Shown piece by piece: positions 1 to 8,322 of a stretch of DNA of 64,000 nt. Made by a program: the position numbers and the translations under genes. The first letter of the stretch is position 1; each line of letters opens with the position of its first letter. This stretch comes from a virus. The stretch lies in IMG/VR virus record IMGVR_UViG_3300006880_000001, positions 1 to 64,000 of that record, one strand, 5' to 3'. The notes beneath the pieces are model-generated. The model searched no databases and had not been told where the DNA came from. It saw only the letters and a program-made list of their open reading frames with translations.

Positions 1-275
1 GGCATCATCGGCATCGGCGACTGGTTGACGGTCGCGGTGGCCCCCGCCGCGACCGGGACCGTCGGGTTCGGGATGGACGTTCCGCCCTGGGCCACCTGCG
101 TCGTCTGGGCGGCCTGCGCGGCTGCAACCGCACGCGAGACCATGTTCAGGCCGAACTGGGTGAAGAGCCCGGCGCTCTGGGTGCCTGGCTGCACCGGAGG
201 GGTGGTCGGGGTCCCGCTCGTGACGATGGGTTGGCCAGCGGCGGGAGCCGGCCCGGACGGGATCCAGAAGGGCAT
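1..275 (-). CDS. Pro/Thr/Gln-rich putative virion protein, 5' part (runs off window)
   Basis: Read manually: ATG at 275, MPFWIPSGPAPAAGQPIVTSGTPTTPPVQ..., open to the window edge. Confidence 0.55.
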   Translation of the reverse strand, partial: MPFWIPSGPAPAAGQPIVTSGTPTTPPVQPGTQSAGLFTQFGLNMVSRAVAAAQAAQTTQVAQGGTSIPNPTVPVAAGATATVNQSPMPMM

Positions 276-323
276 GCGACGAGCATACCATCGGTCGGAC
301 CCGACCGAGAAGCTGGACTTCTC

Positions 324-494
324 CTACGGGTCCCGACGGTCGAAGCGCGGCGAGAAGAACGCCAGGATCGGCAGGATCGGTAGGGGGATCGAAGCTGCGA
401 CCAGGAACGACCCGGTCACGTGGCCGGCGCCGGCGCCGAGGAGAACGGCGACCGCCGCCGACACTGCGAACGCGATCTTACGGTTGGCGGACAC
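324..494 (-). CDS. small membrane protein (56 aa)
   Basis: Read manually: GTG start, KIAFAVSAAVAVLLGAGAG...IPLPILPILAFF, two hydrophobic stretches. Confidence 0.45.
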   Translation of the reverse strand: MSANRKIAFAVSAAVAVLLGAGAGHVTGSFLVAASIPLPILPILAFFSPRFDRRDP

Positions 495-711
495 CGCGAG
501 CTCCGATCCGGCCGAAGAACTGGAGGTACACGCGCCGGCGCTGTTCGGCCTGCGCCGCGCGGAGGAAGGCGAAGCCGCCGCCGACCAGCTCGGCCCCGGT
601 GCCCATCCACCGAACGTGCGGGTCGCGGAGATCCGACAGGCCGTAGATGGCGCCGCCGGCGACGATCAGCCAGGGGAGCCGGTGCCAAAGGGGAGCGAGC
701 CAACGACGCAT
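478..711 (-). CDS. small membrane protein
   Basis: MRRWLAPLW... start; hydrophobic segments; GTCAC-N10-TA promoter directly upstream. Confidence 0.55.
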   Translation of the reverse strand: MRRWLAPLWHRLPWLIVAGGAIYGLSDLRDPHVRWMGTGAELVGGGFAFLRAAQAEQRRRVYLQFFGRIGARGVRQP

Positions 712-757
712 CTCTTCCTCTGTATCATGGCCTGGTGACCGCGTACGATGGTCTGCA

Positions 758-1246
758 GTGCAGCCGCGCCTGCTCTTCACCGGTGGCGACGACGCCTTCT
801 CGGTATTGGTCCGAGGGTGGACAGGGAGCTACGCGACGCACGCAGCCATCGTCATCGGCGACCAGGTGCTGCATGCGGTGGGCAAGGGCGTCATCCTGGA
901 GATGCGATCAGCGCTGCGCACGCGCTACGGCTACTACGACGTCGCCGAGCTCGAAGTCCTCCCCGACGTCTCCGAGGGTCTTCGGTTGGCGAGCGCGCAG
1001 GTCGGTCGGCGCTACGACAACCTCGACGTCGCGTCCCGACTCCTCTTCGTCGCGCTGCGCGGCCTCCTGCCCTGGACTGCGCGCCGCGCTGTCAACACGC
1101 CGGGCGCGTGGACGTGCGCGCGCTTCTGCATGCTCCTCGACCCCATCGGCGATCGCATCCCAGAGTGGCGGCACGTCGACCGGACTTCGGTGACCCCCGT
1201 TGACCTTCTCGCCGTAGCCGGGCCGAGCTTCCGCCGCGTCGGCTAG
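758..1246 (+). CDS. permuted papain-like NlpC/P60 peptidase/amidase (YiiX/YebB-like)
   Basis: His before Cys: THAAIV...HA...GRRYD...WTCARF...TPVDL; GTG start 758 inferred from upstream TACGAT -10. Confidence 0.75.
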   Translation: MQPRLLFTGGDDAFSVLVRGWTGSYATHAAIVIGDQVLHAVGKGVILEMRSALRTRYGYYDVAELEVLPDVSEGLRLASAQVGRRYDNLDVASRLLFVALRGLLPWTARRAVNTPGAWTCARFCMLLDPIGDRIPEWRHVDRTSVTPVDLLAVAGPSFRRVG

Positions 1247-1458
1247 AGGCGATAGCGGCAGTGGTACTTGCGGAACATCTCGCGCTTCCCCTGCTCCTTG
1301 CCGAAGGTGGCTCCGACGAAGAGCCCGACGATGAAGCCGGCGCCGAGCGGGATCAGCATGAGGCGGGACACCGACCCCAGGCTGGGCAGCGGGATCAGCG
1401 GCGCGCCGGGGTCCGCCAGAGTCGGACGATGGCCGTCGAGGGTGATGACGCTGGGCAC
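1243..1458 (-). CDS. small membrane protein with MPSVITLDG N-terminus
   Basis: One TM helix and a basic tail; first 9 aa identical to ORF 62856-63065. Confidence 0.7.
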   Translation of the reverse strand: MPSVITLDGHRPTLADPGAPLIPLPSLGSVSRLMLIPLGAGFIVGLFVGATFGKEQGKREMFRKYHCRYRL

Positions 1459-1490
1459 CGACTACGAGCGTACCCGATCTGGAGCGCGGG

Positions 1491-2387
1491 TCACAGTAGC
1501 CCGGCGCGGGTGAACAACGGCCGCAGGACGGCGTCGACCGCCGCGGCGACGGCCTTTGCGGTGGCTTCGTTCCCGTGCTCGAGGTCGGAGAAGGTGTGGG
1601 GGTCCAGCCACTTCCGCAGCGTGTCACGGAAGGCGTGGGGGCTGACGTTGGGCAGGTCGGCGCCGGCGCGCGCGCGGTCGCGGACGACCATCCAGATCCC
1701 CCAGGTCGACAGGCCTGCGCCGAGGTGCGCCTGGCGCCCGCCGAGCTCGGGGATGATCCGGCGCAGGAACGGGCCGGTCAGCCGCTCCGCGCGCAGCAGG
1801 TCCCGGTAGGGCCGCATGACGTCGACCGCCGACGGAGCGAGGGGGATCCACAGCGTCCCGATCTGCACGCTGTGGACGCCACGGCGTTGGCGGAAGCCGG
1901 CCGATCGGATCTCGGCGACCCCCGATCGCCGCGCGCCCGTCGCGAGGAGGAGGGTCAGGAGCGCGACGTTGCGGTGATGCTCCGGGTGTGGTTGGGCGGG
2001 CAGCGCCGCACCGAGGATCGCCACCACCTGCTCGGGGGTGAGCACCCGCTCGCGGATCGGTGGGGGCCGATGGTCGATGACGATGCCGTCGGTGAAGTCG
2101 ACGCCGCGGTGACGCTGTGCCCACCCCCGCGCTGCGTACTGGACCCCCATCATCATCTTGGCCGCGGTGTTCGGCCGGACGCGGTCCAGGAGCTGCGTGT
2201 AGTAGCTCTGCGCGCGCTCCTTCGTCCAGTCCTGCGGGTTGCCGCCGACGGAGCGGCAGAAGTCGGTGACGGCCTTGAGGTAGAGATCCTTGGTCGCCGG
2301 CGCCAGCTGTTGACTGGCGCGGATGGTGCGATGGAGATCGGTTGCGGGCGGGTCCGAGGGCACGTTCAGCGAGGCTATCACGCCCAC
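1491..2387 (-). CDS. tyrosine recombinase-like protein, catalytic Tyr apparently absent
   Basis: N-terminal core-binding region, TGARRS (Arg), PHAFR (HxxR), then LEHGNEATAKAV with no Tyr. Confidence 0.8.
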   Translation of the reverse strand: MGVIASLNVPSDPPATDLHRTIRASQQLAPATKDLYLKAVTDFCRSVGGNPQDWTKERAQSYYTQLLDRVRPNTAAKMMMGVQYAARGWAQRHRGVDFTDGIVIDHRPPPIRERVLTPEQVVAILGAALPAQPHPEHHRNVALLTLLLATGARRSGVAEIRSAGFRQRRGVHSVQIGTLWIPLAPSAVDVMRPYRDLLRAERLTGPFLRRIIPELGGRQAHLGAGLSTWGIWMVVRDRARAGADLPNVSPHAFRDTLRKWLDPHTFSDLEHGNEATAKAVAAAVDAVLRPLFTRAGLL

Positions 2388-2411
2388 GGGTAGGCCGGGG
2401 CGAAATCAGGC

Positions 2412-3596
2412 TTACCGACTGGCGCGGAGGAGCAGGATCGCCAACCCACCGACGAGTACGACACCGCCGAAGATGGCCGGGGGTGTTCGGTACCACGGCG
2501 GGGTCGGTGTCGGTGGGGGCTGGTCGGGTGCAATCGTCACCGGCGCCAGGACTGGCTTGTTGAGCGTGCGGCAGCCCTGGCTCAGGACCGTCGACACGGC
2601 CAGGGTCGAGGCGGCGATGGCCGGATTCGGGGACGACGAGCCCGCCGATACGGCCATCTGGCCTGCGGAGGATTCGTACTGGCGGCAGATGAGGCGTGTG
2701 AGGCGATCGGCCTGGCGTCCGATCCAGTCGACGCTCTCGGTGAACCGCTGCCACGTCGACTTCGGGAGTCGCTGCAGGATGATCGTCGCCGATGTCATCG
2801 AGTTCATGCGTGCGGACACGCCCCAGGTGAAGTCCTGGTTCTCGAACTCGACGGGCTCGGCGCAGACCGGTTGGCCATCGGGCCAGTCCCCTCCGGGGCA
2901 TGCCCGACACCATTGGCCGCATGCCCATAGGGTGTAGATGTCCTTGACGGGCACCTTGCCGCCGAAGACATCGGGCGAGAGGTAGTAGCCGCCCCGCGCC
3001 ATGAAGCGTCCGACGCCGCCCGGCTTCGACAGCTCGTCGGCCGTGGGTTGGGGCTGGGCGGTGAAGCCCTTGTAGCGGAGGACGAACTTGCCCGGGAACG
3101 CCTTCAGGAACTCGTTCAGCGACAGCGTCTGGTAGGTCTTCGGTGTGGGGATGCTCGCCGCGGTGGTGCCCGGGATCTGGGCGGGGCGCGCGGTGATGCC
3201 ACCCGGCCCGGCGGGGATCTGGCGGTTCGCTGCGGCCGCGAAGAGGCGCCTCGACACATCGGCCCAGGCGTAGCCGAGCTGCCGGAACTGGTCTGGGTGG
3301 AGCGTGAACGTGCGCTCGATCGGCTTGTTGAGGTCCTTGCCCCGGAAGTCGAACACCGTGAACAGGAACGGCGGTGCCGCGGTCGCGCCCTTGCCGAAGT
3401 AGATCTGGATCGTCGCGGGCGGGAACCGCGCGTAGTAGCCGTAGTTCTGGTACTGGCCCTTGGCCAGCGCCGCGCAGTCCACGCTGCCGCAGTTGGGCAG
3501 CCGCGTGGCGACGTCGCGCATCTCGGCGAGCTGCCGCAGGAAGGCAGCCCGGTCCTCGGCCGAGACCGGCTGCCCGAGACCAGAGAGGTTCACCAT
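2412..3596 (-). CDS. Cys-rich putative virion membrane protein with C-terminal TM anchor
   Basis: Leaderless start (TACAAT-N6-ATG), N-terminal LSGLG, Cys pairs, Pro linker, TM helix and basic end. Confidence 0.7.
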   Translation of the reverse strand: MVNLSGLGQPVSAEDRAAFLRQLAEMRDVATRLPNCGSVDCAALAKGQYQNYGYYARFPPATIQIYFGKGATAAPPFLFTVFDFRGKDLNKPIERTFTLHPDQFRQLGYAWADVSRRLFAAAANRQIPAGPGGITARPAQIPGTTAASIPTPKTYQTLSLNEFLKAFPGKFVLRYKGFTAQPQPTADELSKPGGVGRFMARGGYYLSPDVFGGKVPVKDIYTLWACGQWCRACPGGDWPDGQPVCAEPVEFENQDFTWGVSARMNSMTSATIILQRLPKSTWQRFTESVDWIGRQADRLTRLICRQYESSAGQMAVSAGSSSPNPAIAASTLAVSTVLSQGCRTLNKPVLAPVTIAPDQPPPTPTPPWYRTPPAIFGGVVLVGGLAILLLRASR

Positions 3597-3628
3597 GGGG
3601 TGATTGTAGACCACACCACCCCGCCACC

Positions 3629-4042
3629 CTACGGCTTCCAGCCCTTCGGGGGCTTCCAGCCGGCGGCCTTCGCCTGAATGGCCCAGGCCGGCCAGGCCTT
3701 GCCGTTCTCAGCCTCCGACACGGCGGCCTGGATGGCGGCTTTGGCGATCTTGAGGGCCCGCGCCGCGGCGGTATGCGTCTCCCAGTACAGCCCGATGCGG
3801 TCGTGGTTGGCGCCCTTCGTCGCTGCCGCGGCAGTCGACGCGGCAACATGCTCCAGCGAGCCCCGGGCGTCTTCGGCGTCGGGCTCCTCGCGGTAGTGTT
3901 TGATGGCCTTCGCGAGCGCGTCCGCACGGAAGTCACTCGGGTCTTGACCGAGGCAGCCACCGATGTCGTCTTCCGCCTCCAGGTACCACGAGAGGCGGAA
4001 GGCGTGGCGGTCGCTGTCGTCGACGACGAGGTGATCCGCCAC
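3629..4042 (-). CDS. hypothetical phage protein
   Basis: Coding-like composition, packed in an operon downstream of the recombinase. Confidence 0.7.
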   Translation of the reverse strand: MADHLVVDDSDRHAFRLSWYLEAEDDIGGCLGQDPSDFRADALAKAIKHYREEPDAEDARGSLEHVAASTAAAATKGANHDRIGLYWETHTAAARALKIAKAAIQAAVSEAENGKAWPAWAIQAKAAGWKPPKGWKP

Positions 4043-4045
4043 GGC

Positions 4046-4648
4046 CTACTCCAAGTCGCAGGGGAAGGTACCCTGGCAGGGCAGGGCTGCCGCCTTCTGG
4101 CGCTCGCGGTCCTCGGCAGCGATGCGCTCGCGCGCCTGCGCAAGTCGAACCGGGTCCTTCACCTGTTGCGTCCATATCACGCTCAGGCGCTCCCGTTCGG
4201 CTGGGGTCAGCGGCGGAAGCCGCCCGTCCGTCGACGACGGTACGCCCCACTCTCTCCGGGCGAGTTCGTCGGCCCGCCGAGCCATCAGGAGCTCGCCGTC
4301 CGAACGCCCTGCGGGGGTGCTGCTCTCACGGGGGACCTTGCGAGGTTCCGCCAAATCCTCGATCGGAACCACGATGACGACCCTGACGTCGTCCAACACC
4401 GTGAGGGTGGGCTTGGTGCCGGAATAGGGACAGACGCGGAACCAGTCGACGGTTCTTCGTTGTACGCAGGCCAGCGCGGTGTGGACCAAATTCGGGAGGT
4501 CGCCGCCGTGACCTCTGCCGAAGCAGCGTGACCGCCGCATCCCAGGACGCCAATGCGCGGCGGGAATGACGGCATAGCGTACGTCGTGGGCGAGGGTGAG
4601 GGGCGTGACGGCTATTGGCGTCCGGTCGTTGGCGAGGTCGAAGTTCAT
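4046..4648 (-). CDS. hypothetical protein
   Basis: ATGA overlap with the recombinase stop; AAGGAG RBS. Confidence 0.65.
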   Translation of the reverse strand: MNFDLANDRTPIAVTPLTLAHDVRYAVIPAAHWRPGMRRSRCFGRGHGGDLPNLVHTALACVQRRTVDWFRVCPYSGTKPTLTVLDDVRVVIVVPIEDLAEPRKVPRESSTPAGRSDGELLMARRADELARREWGVPSSTDGRLPPLTPAERERLSVIWTQQVKDPVRLAQARERIAAEDRERQKAAALPCQGTFPCDLE

Positions 4649-5520
4649 TTCGTCTCCTTGCGTCGACGCGCCGTGATGACTTCGGCGACATCGCCGCCGC
4701 GTGCGTGGCGGTCGTAGCGTTGGGTGGTCTTCGGGTCCCGGTGATGGACGGCGCCCTGGACCTGGCGGTCCGGCAGGCCAGCGTCGTAGGCCTCGGTGAT
4801 GAAGGCGACGCGGAAGCAGTGCGGATGGAAGCGATGGCCGACGGCGGCGGCGTAGCGGCTGACGATCTTGTTGATCGTGCCTTCGTGCATGGATGCGTCT
4901 TGGGGGCCCCGCGCCGGGAAGAGAAACGTCGACGGGGGCGCCACCGCCAGCCAGGCCTGGACCGCGGCGAGGGTGACGGCGGGCAGCGCCGCGACTTCCG
5001 TCCGCCCACCCTTGACCGTCACGGTCAGTTGGTTGCCTTGGAGGTGGCGGCGGCGGGCGGTGGCGATCGAGGCTCGCCGCAGGCCAACGTCGTAGAGGAG
5101 GCGCAGGATCGCGGTGTCGCGTGGCGAGCGCTCCGCCGCGGCGATCATCGCCACCGCGACCTCGTTGGGGATGATCTCCGTGGTGCCGGTCGTGGACGCC
5201 TCGGGCCGTGGCAACACCTTCGCGAAGAAGGGGTTGGCCGTGACCACCCCGGTGCGGAACAGGATGTCGTAGATCGACGCCAGCACCGCCAGCATGCGGC
5301 GGACGCTCGAGGGGGCGTAGGTGGTGATGAGGCCGTCACGGTACAGACGTGCCTGCGCCAGGGTCGCGAACCGCGGATCGACCCGATAGTGATCGCAGAA
5401 CGTGCGCCACTTCTGGAGATCGGATCGATAGACCTCCTGCGTCTTCGGGGATCGCCGCGTGCGGATGAACTCCTCGGCGGCGTCATCGAAGACGGATCGG
5501 GGGCGGTGGACGAGCTCCAT
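4645..5520 (-). CDS. tyrosine recombinase/resolvase (XerC/D-like), intact catalytic set
   Basis: GLRR (R), KGG (K), HPHCFR (HxxR), VHH..TTQRY (H, Y). Confidence 0.92.
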   Translation of the reverse strand: MELVHRPRSVFDDAAEEFIRTRRSPKTQEVYRSDLQKWRTFCDHYRVDPRFATLAQARLYRDGLITTYAPSSVRRMLAVLASIYDILFRTGVVTANPFFAKVLPRPEASTTGTTEIIPNEVAVAMIAAAERSPRDTAILRLLYDVGLRRASIATARRRHLQGNQLTVTVKGGRTEVAALPAVTLAAVQAWLAVAPPSTFLFPARGPQDASMHEGTINKIVSRYAAAVGHRFHPHCFRVAFITEAYDAGLPDRQVQGAVHHRDPKTTQRYDRHARGGDVAEVITARRRKETK

Positions 5521-5526
5521 GGCGTG

Positions 5527-5595
5527 GCTATTATATCGGCCTAGGGTTGCCTGTCAATATAATAGCGAACTTGGCTGTTTACACTAGTGTAAACA
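5527..5595. repeat. AT-rich inverted repeats, candidate recombinase (res/att) site
   Basis: GCTATTATAT (5527-5536) / ATATAATAGC (5557-5566) inverted pair; perfect 20-bp palindrome TGTTTACACTAGTGTAAACA (5576-5595). Confidence 0.65.
5530..5557 (-). promoter_or_regulatory. consensus sigma70 promoter of the recombinase
   Basis: TTGACA-N16-TATAAT, 9 nt upstream of ATG 5520. Confidence 0.85.
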
Positions 5596-5600
5596 AGGGG

Positions 5601-5849
5601 TTACGGTTCCTGGCCGAGCCGAGCCCGCAACACGTCGGCGCAGCGACGACACGCCCGCGTGATCGTCAGGTTGACGACCGGGGTGAGGTCCCAGCCGTAG
5701 GGTGGTCGTACGTGGCCGCAGAGGGACGGCGTGTCGACGCCACCACTCAGCTTCTTGCCCGCGGGGGTCAGCTCGCGGATGTGCCACGGCGACGATCCCG
5801 ACGCCGTCACGGCTTCACAGAAGGCGTAGTCGTCGATCGTGGCCATCAC
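5601..5849 (-). CDS. small Cys/His (zinc-binding-like) protein
   Basis: WHIR..SLCG..CRRC. Confidence 0.65.
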   Translation of the reverse strand: MMATIDDYAFCEAVTASGSSPWHIRELTPAGKKLSGGVDTPSLCGHVRPPYGWDLTPVVNLTITRACRRCADVLRARLGQEP

Positions 5850-6202
5850 CGCCCCTGGGCGAAGGTCGCGATGCGCTTCTCCGCTTCACGGCGGTGAAGC
5901 GCATGCCAGTCCTCGAACTTCTTGTGGTGTGTGCAGACGGCTGCGGCGAGCGCGAACAGCGCCTCCGGGAGAGTGCGGCCCTCCGCGTGGATCACGGTGT
6001 CGTCACCGCAGACGGTGGTCGAGACGGTGTAGCCCCAGGTCTTGCCGTACTCGCGCGCGCCGGCCACGGTCCACTGCTCCACGGTCCACTGCTCGCGCAT
6101 GTAGCCGATCGTCACGCGAAGCGTGTCCTGGGACCAGCCGGTGACGCCAGCGAGGAGCTGCATCAACTCCTCGACGGTGGCAGTTGTCTTCGGAGTTTCC
6201 AC
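5846..6202 (-). CDS. hypothetical protein
   Basis: GTG start VETPKTT... after GAGGAAG; operon packing. Confidence 0.6.
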   Translation of the reverse strand: METPKTTATVEELMQLLAGVTGWSQDTLRVTIGYMREQWTVEQWTVAGAREYGKTWGYTVSTTVCGDDTVIHAEGRTLPEALFALAAAVCTHHKKFEDWHALHRREAEKRIATFAQGR

Positions 6203-6204
6203 GG

Positions 6205-6561
6205 TCAGGCCTTCTTCCTCAGCAGGAGGAACGAGGCCAGGAACGGCTGGATGCCCTCCTGGCCGATGTCCACCACGCGTTCGATGACGACGTAGTCGAG
6301 CTTGGAGAGGTACACCGCCTCCTCGTCGCCGACCTGGATCTCGGTCTTCCCGGCAGCGAGCCCTTCCTCGATCAGCTGTGGAAGCGTCTCCCGGCACCAC
6401 TTCTCGGCACTGCGCCAGCGGGCGAGGGTGCGTTCGTCCTCCTCGAACTTGGCCTTGGCCTTGGCCTCCGCCTCGGCCACTTCGACCTTCCGCCGCGCGT
6501 CGTGTCCGCGCTGGAACGCTGCCTCCAGAATGTCCTTGGTGTCCTTGGCGTCTGTCGTCAC
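6205..6561 (-). CDS. hypothetical protein
   Basis: GGAGGA RBS + GTG (VTTDAKD...) inside the longer open frame 6205-6891. Confidence 0.6.
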   Translation of the reverse strand: MTTDAKDTKDILEAAFQRGHDARRKVEVAEAEAKAKAKFEEDERTLARWRSAEKWCRETLPQLIEEGLAAGKTEIQVGDEEAVYLSKLDYVVIERVVDIGQEGIQPFLASFLLLRKKA

Positions 6562-6891
6562 GGATCCTCCTCGCGGATGTCGAGCGGGGCAATGCCGTCC
6601 GCTCTTGTGGGGTTCGCCATCTCGGAGCTGGGGGCAGTTCGCCCAGGAGCACTCGCCGTCGCTGTTGCGGCCGGCGGCGTGGCAGCGGAGCCGTGCCGGG
6701 ACCGAGAAGTGCTTGCCGAGAAGGTCAGGTGGCAGCGGAGGCGGCAGGAGGCCGATCTCGCGCTTGGCCGCCTGCAGCTCGTCGTTCACCGCCTTGTCGA
6801 CGGCGTCCATCGCGGCGTCGAGCTCCCGCTTCGCGGCCTGGTAGCGCGCTCGCGCTGCCTCGAGACGCTGTAGGGCCTCCGCGTGGGTCAT
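6558..6891 (-). CDS. coiled-coil + Cys/His protein, apparent +1 frameshift near its end
   Basis: MTHAEAL...CHA..DGECSWANCPQLRD..GRHC; the +1 frame gives PLDIREEDP-TGA overlapping the next GTG. Confidence 0.5.
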
Positions 6892-6899
6892 GGGGACCC

Positions 6900-7262
6900 T
6901 CAGGCTGCGTCCGCGGTGTCGGCGACCGCTGCGGCGTCGAGGAGCCGACCGCGCAGCTCCTGCTCGGTGGGCAGTCCCCAACGGACCACCGCGGCTTCCG
7001 CGTCTGCGTACCGCGGCAGGCGGATGCCGTGACCGATGAGGTCGCGACGAACCTCCGCGCTCAGGACCGAGCCGAGGTCTACCAGGTGAACCGGGAGGAG
7101 CTCGCAGGTCTGCACGGCGCAGACGAGGCACGCCCGCTCCTCGCGCTGGATCTGCACGTGCGGCGCTCCCGCGTCGGGGACGTCGACACGGACGGCGGTG
7201 ACGACGCGGTGTGCGTTGGCGCGGTGAGGTTGCGTCTCACCACAGAGGGTGCACTTGAACAC
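6900..7262 (-). CDS. zinc-ribbon-like protein
   Basis: CTLC and CLVC pairs; AAGGAG RBS. Confidence 0.6.
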   Translation of the reverse strand: MFKCTLCGETQPHRANAHRVVTAVRVDVPDAGAPHVQIQREERACLVCAVQTCELLPVHLVDLGSVLSAEVRRDLIGHGIRLPRYADAEAAVVRWGLPTEQELRGRLLDAAAVADTADAA

Positions 7263-7264
7263 GA

Positions 7265-7432
7265 TCAGGTCTCCTTGTGTAGGTGGTTGGCGATCCGGCG
7301 TTCGAGCTCGGCGTAGTCGGCCGAGGCGAGAGGCGTGGATACGTCCGATCGGGTCGGTGGCTCCGGTGGGGACACGAGCCGGATCCACTTGCCGTTGGCC
7401 ATGGGGTAGTAGATGGGGAGATTGCGACGCAT
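7265..7432 (-). CDS. small protein ending in a PolA motif-A-like peptide
   Basis: ...ADYAELERRIANHL; TGATG coupling with the upstream gene. Confidence 0.5.
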   Translation of the reverse strand: MRRNLPIYYPMANGKWIRLVSPPEPPTRSDVSTPLASADYAELERRIANHLHKET

Positions 7433-7704
7433 CAGCGACGTCCTTTGGCCTTCCGCGGCCGGTAGCGGGTTCGGATGGCACCCATCGGGAGCACGGTGGC
7501 GACGGTGCCGTCTCGGCGGACCCCGAGCCGCATGCCGTTCGGGGCTTCCCAGATCTCGCCGTGGGGCGGTTCGTCCTCGACGAAGCGGGTGCGGGGGAGG
7601 ATCGACTCGAGCTCGCGCTTGGCGTCCGCGTACGTCCAGTTCGGACGCCAACGCTGGAGGTAGCGTCGGATGGCGTGGTCGCTGAGCGCCTTCGGTTGTG
7701 GCAT
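7432..7704 (-). CDS. small basic protein, RelE/BECR-like signature
   Basis: LSDHAIRRY N-terminus and VATVL C-terminal strand. Confidence 0.6.
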   Translation of the reverse strand: MPQPKALSDHAIRRYLQRWRPNWTYADAKRELESILPRTRFVEDEPPHGEIWEAPNGMRLGVRRDGTVATVLPMGAIRTRYRPRKAKGRR

Positions 7705-7708
7705 TGGA

Positions 7709-7984
7709 TCACCGCCACTGCGGGGGCCGGGATCGCTTCACGCGCCGCACGGGGGCTGTCGTGGTTGTCGACGGCATCACCTGGATCTTCAGAACGCCCC
7801 CGCCACCAAGCCCAGGGATGCCAGTCCCCCCGAAGGCGGCGGTCGCAGCGATGTACGTCGCGCCCTTGTACTGGATCGAGGCGAGGCTGTAGGACGCACA
7901 CAGCGGTCCGATGTACTCACGGCCGGCGTCCGTGATCACGATCCGATGTCGGCCCTGGTCGTCGATGCGATGTTCGAACGTCAC
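7709..7984 (-). CDS. hypothetical protein
   Basis: GTGA coupling within the operon. Confidence 0.55.
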   Translation of the reverse strand: MTFEHRIDDQGRHRIVITDAGREYIGPLCASYSLASIQYKGATYIAATAAFGGTGIPGLGGGGVLKIQVMPSTTTTAPVRRVKRSRPPQWR

Positions 7985-8322
7985 GGGCTCTTCTCCGGTC
8001 GGCCCTTGGCGGCCTCCTCGGCGTAGAGGGTCTGGGCCCGCATCATGGCCATCTGAAAGCTCATGCCCCCTTGCTGGGTCGAGCCAGGGCGGTGGGTCCA
8101 GCGGTTGGTCTCTCCTGGCAGATCTTCGATCGAGACGTACCAGAAGTCATAGCCGTCCGTGGCCGCCCAGCCCGGTTTCGAGAGGACGATGGCCACCCGG
8201 TTGTCGCATCCGCGGACGTGGTAGCGGAGCTCGATGCCGTCCAGGGTCATCTGACGCTCGCCGGAGATGTCCATGCACTCGGCGACGGGGGCGATGTGGA
8301 CCGTTCGATTCTGACCGATCAC
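7981..8322 (-). CDS. hypothetical protein
   Basis: GTG start with GAGGAG RBS overlapping the MazG-like stop. Confidence 0.6.
   Translation of the reverse strand: MIGQNRTVHIAPVAECMDISGERQMTLDGIELRYHVRGCDNRVAIVLSKPGWAATDGYDFWYVSIEDLPGETNRWTHRPGSTQQGGMSFQMAMMRAQTLYAEEAAKGRPEKSP

Noticed and set aside
1624-4143. 839-aa ORF and many other long Arg/Pro-rich ORFs in the track (e.g. 10873-12309, 12586-14007, 50527-51900, 56561-57997)
   Set aside because: Shadow frames of high-GC genes; they overlap better-supported ORFs that have motifs, RBS or promoters.
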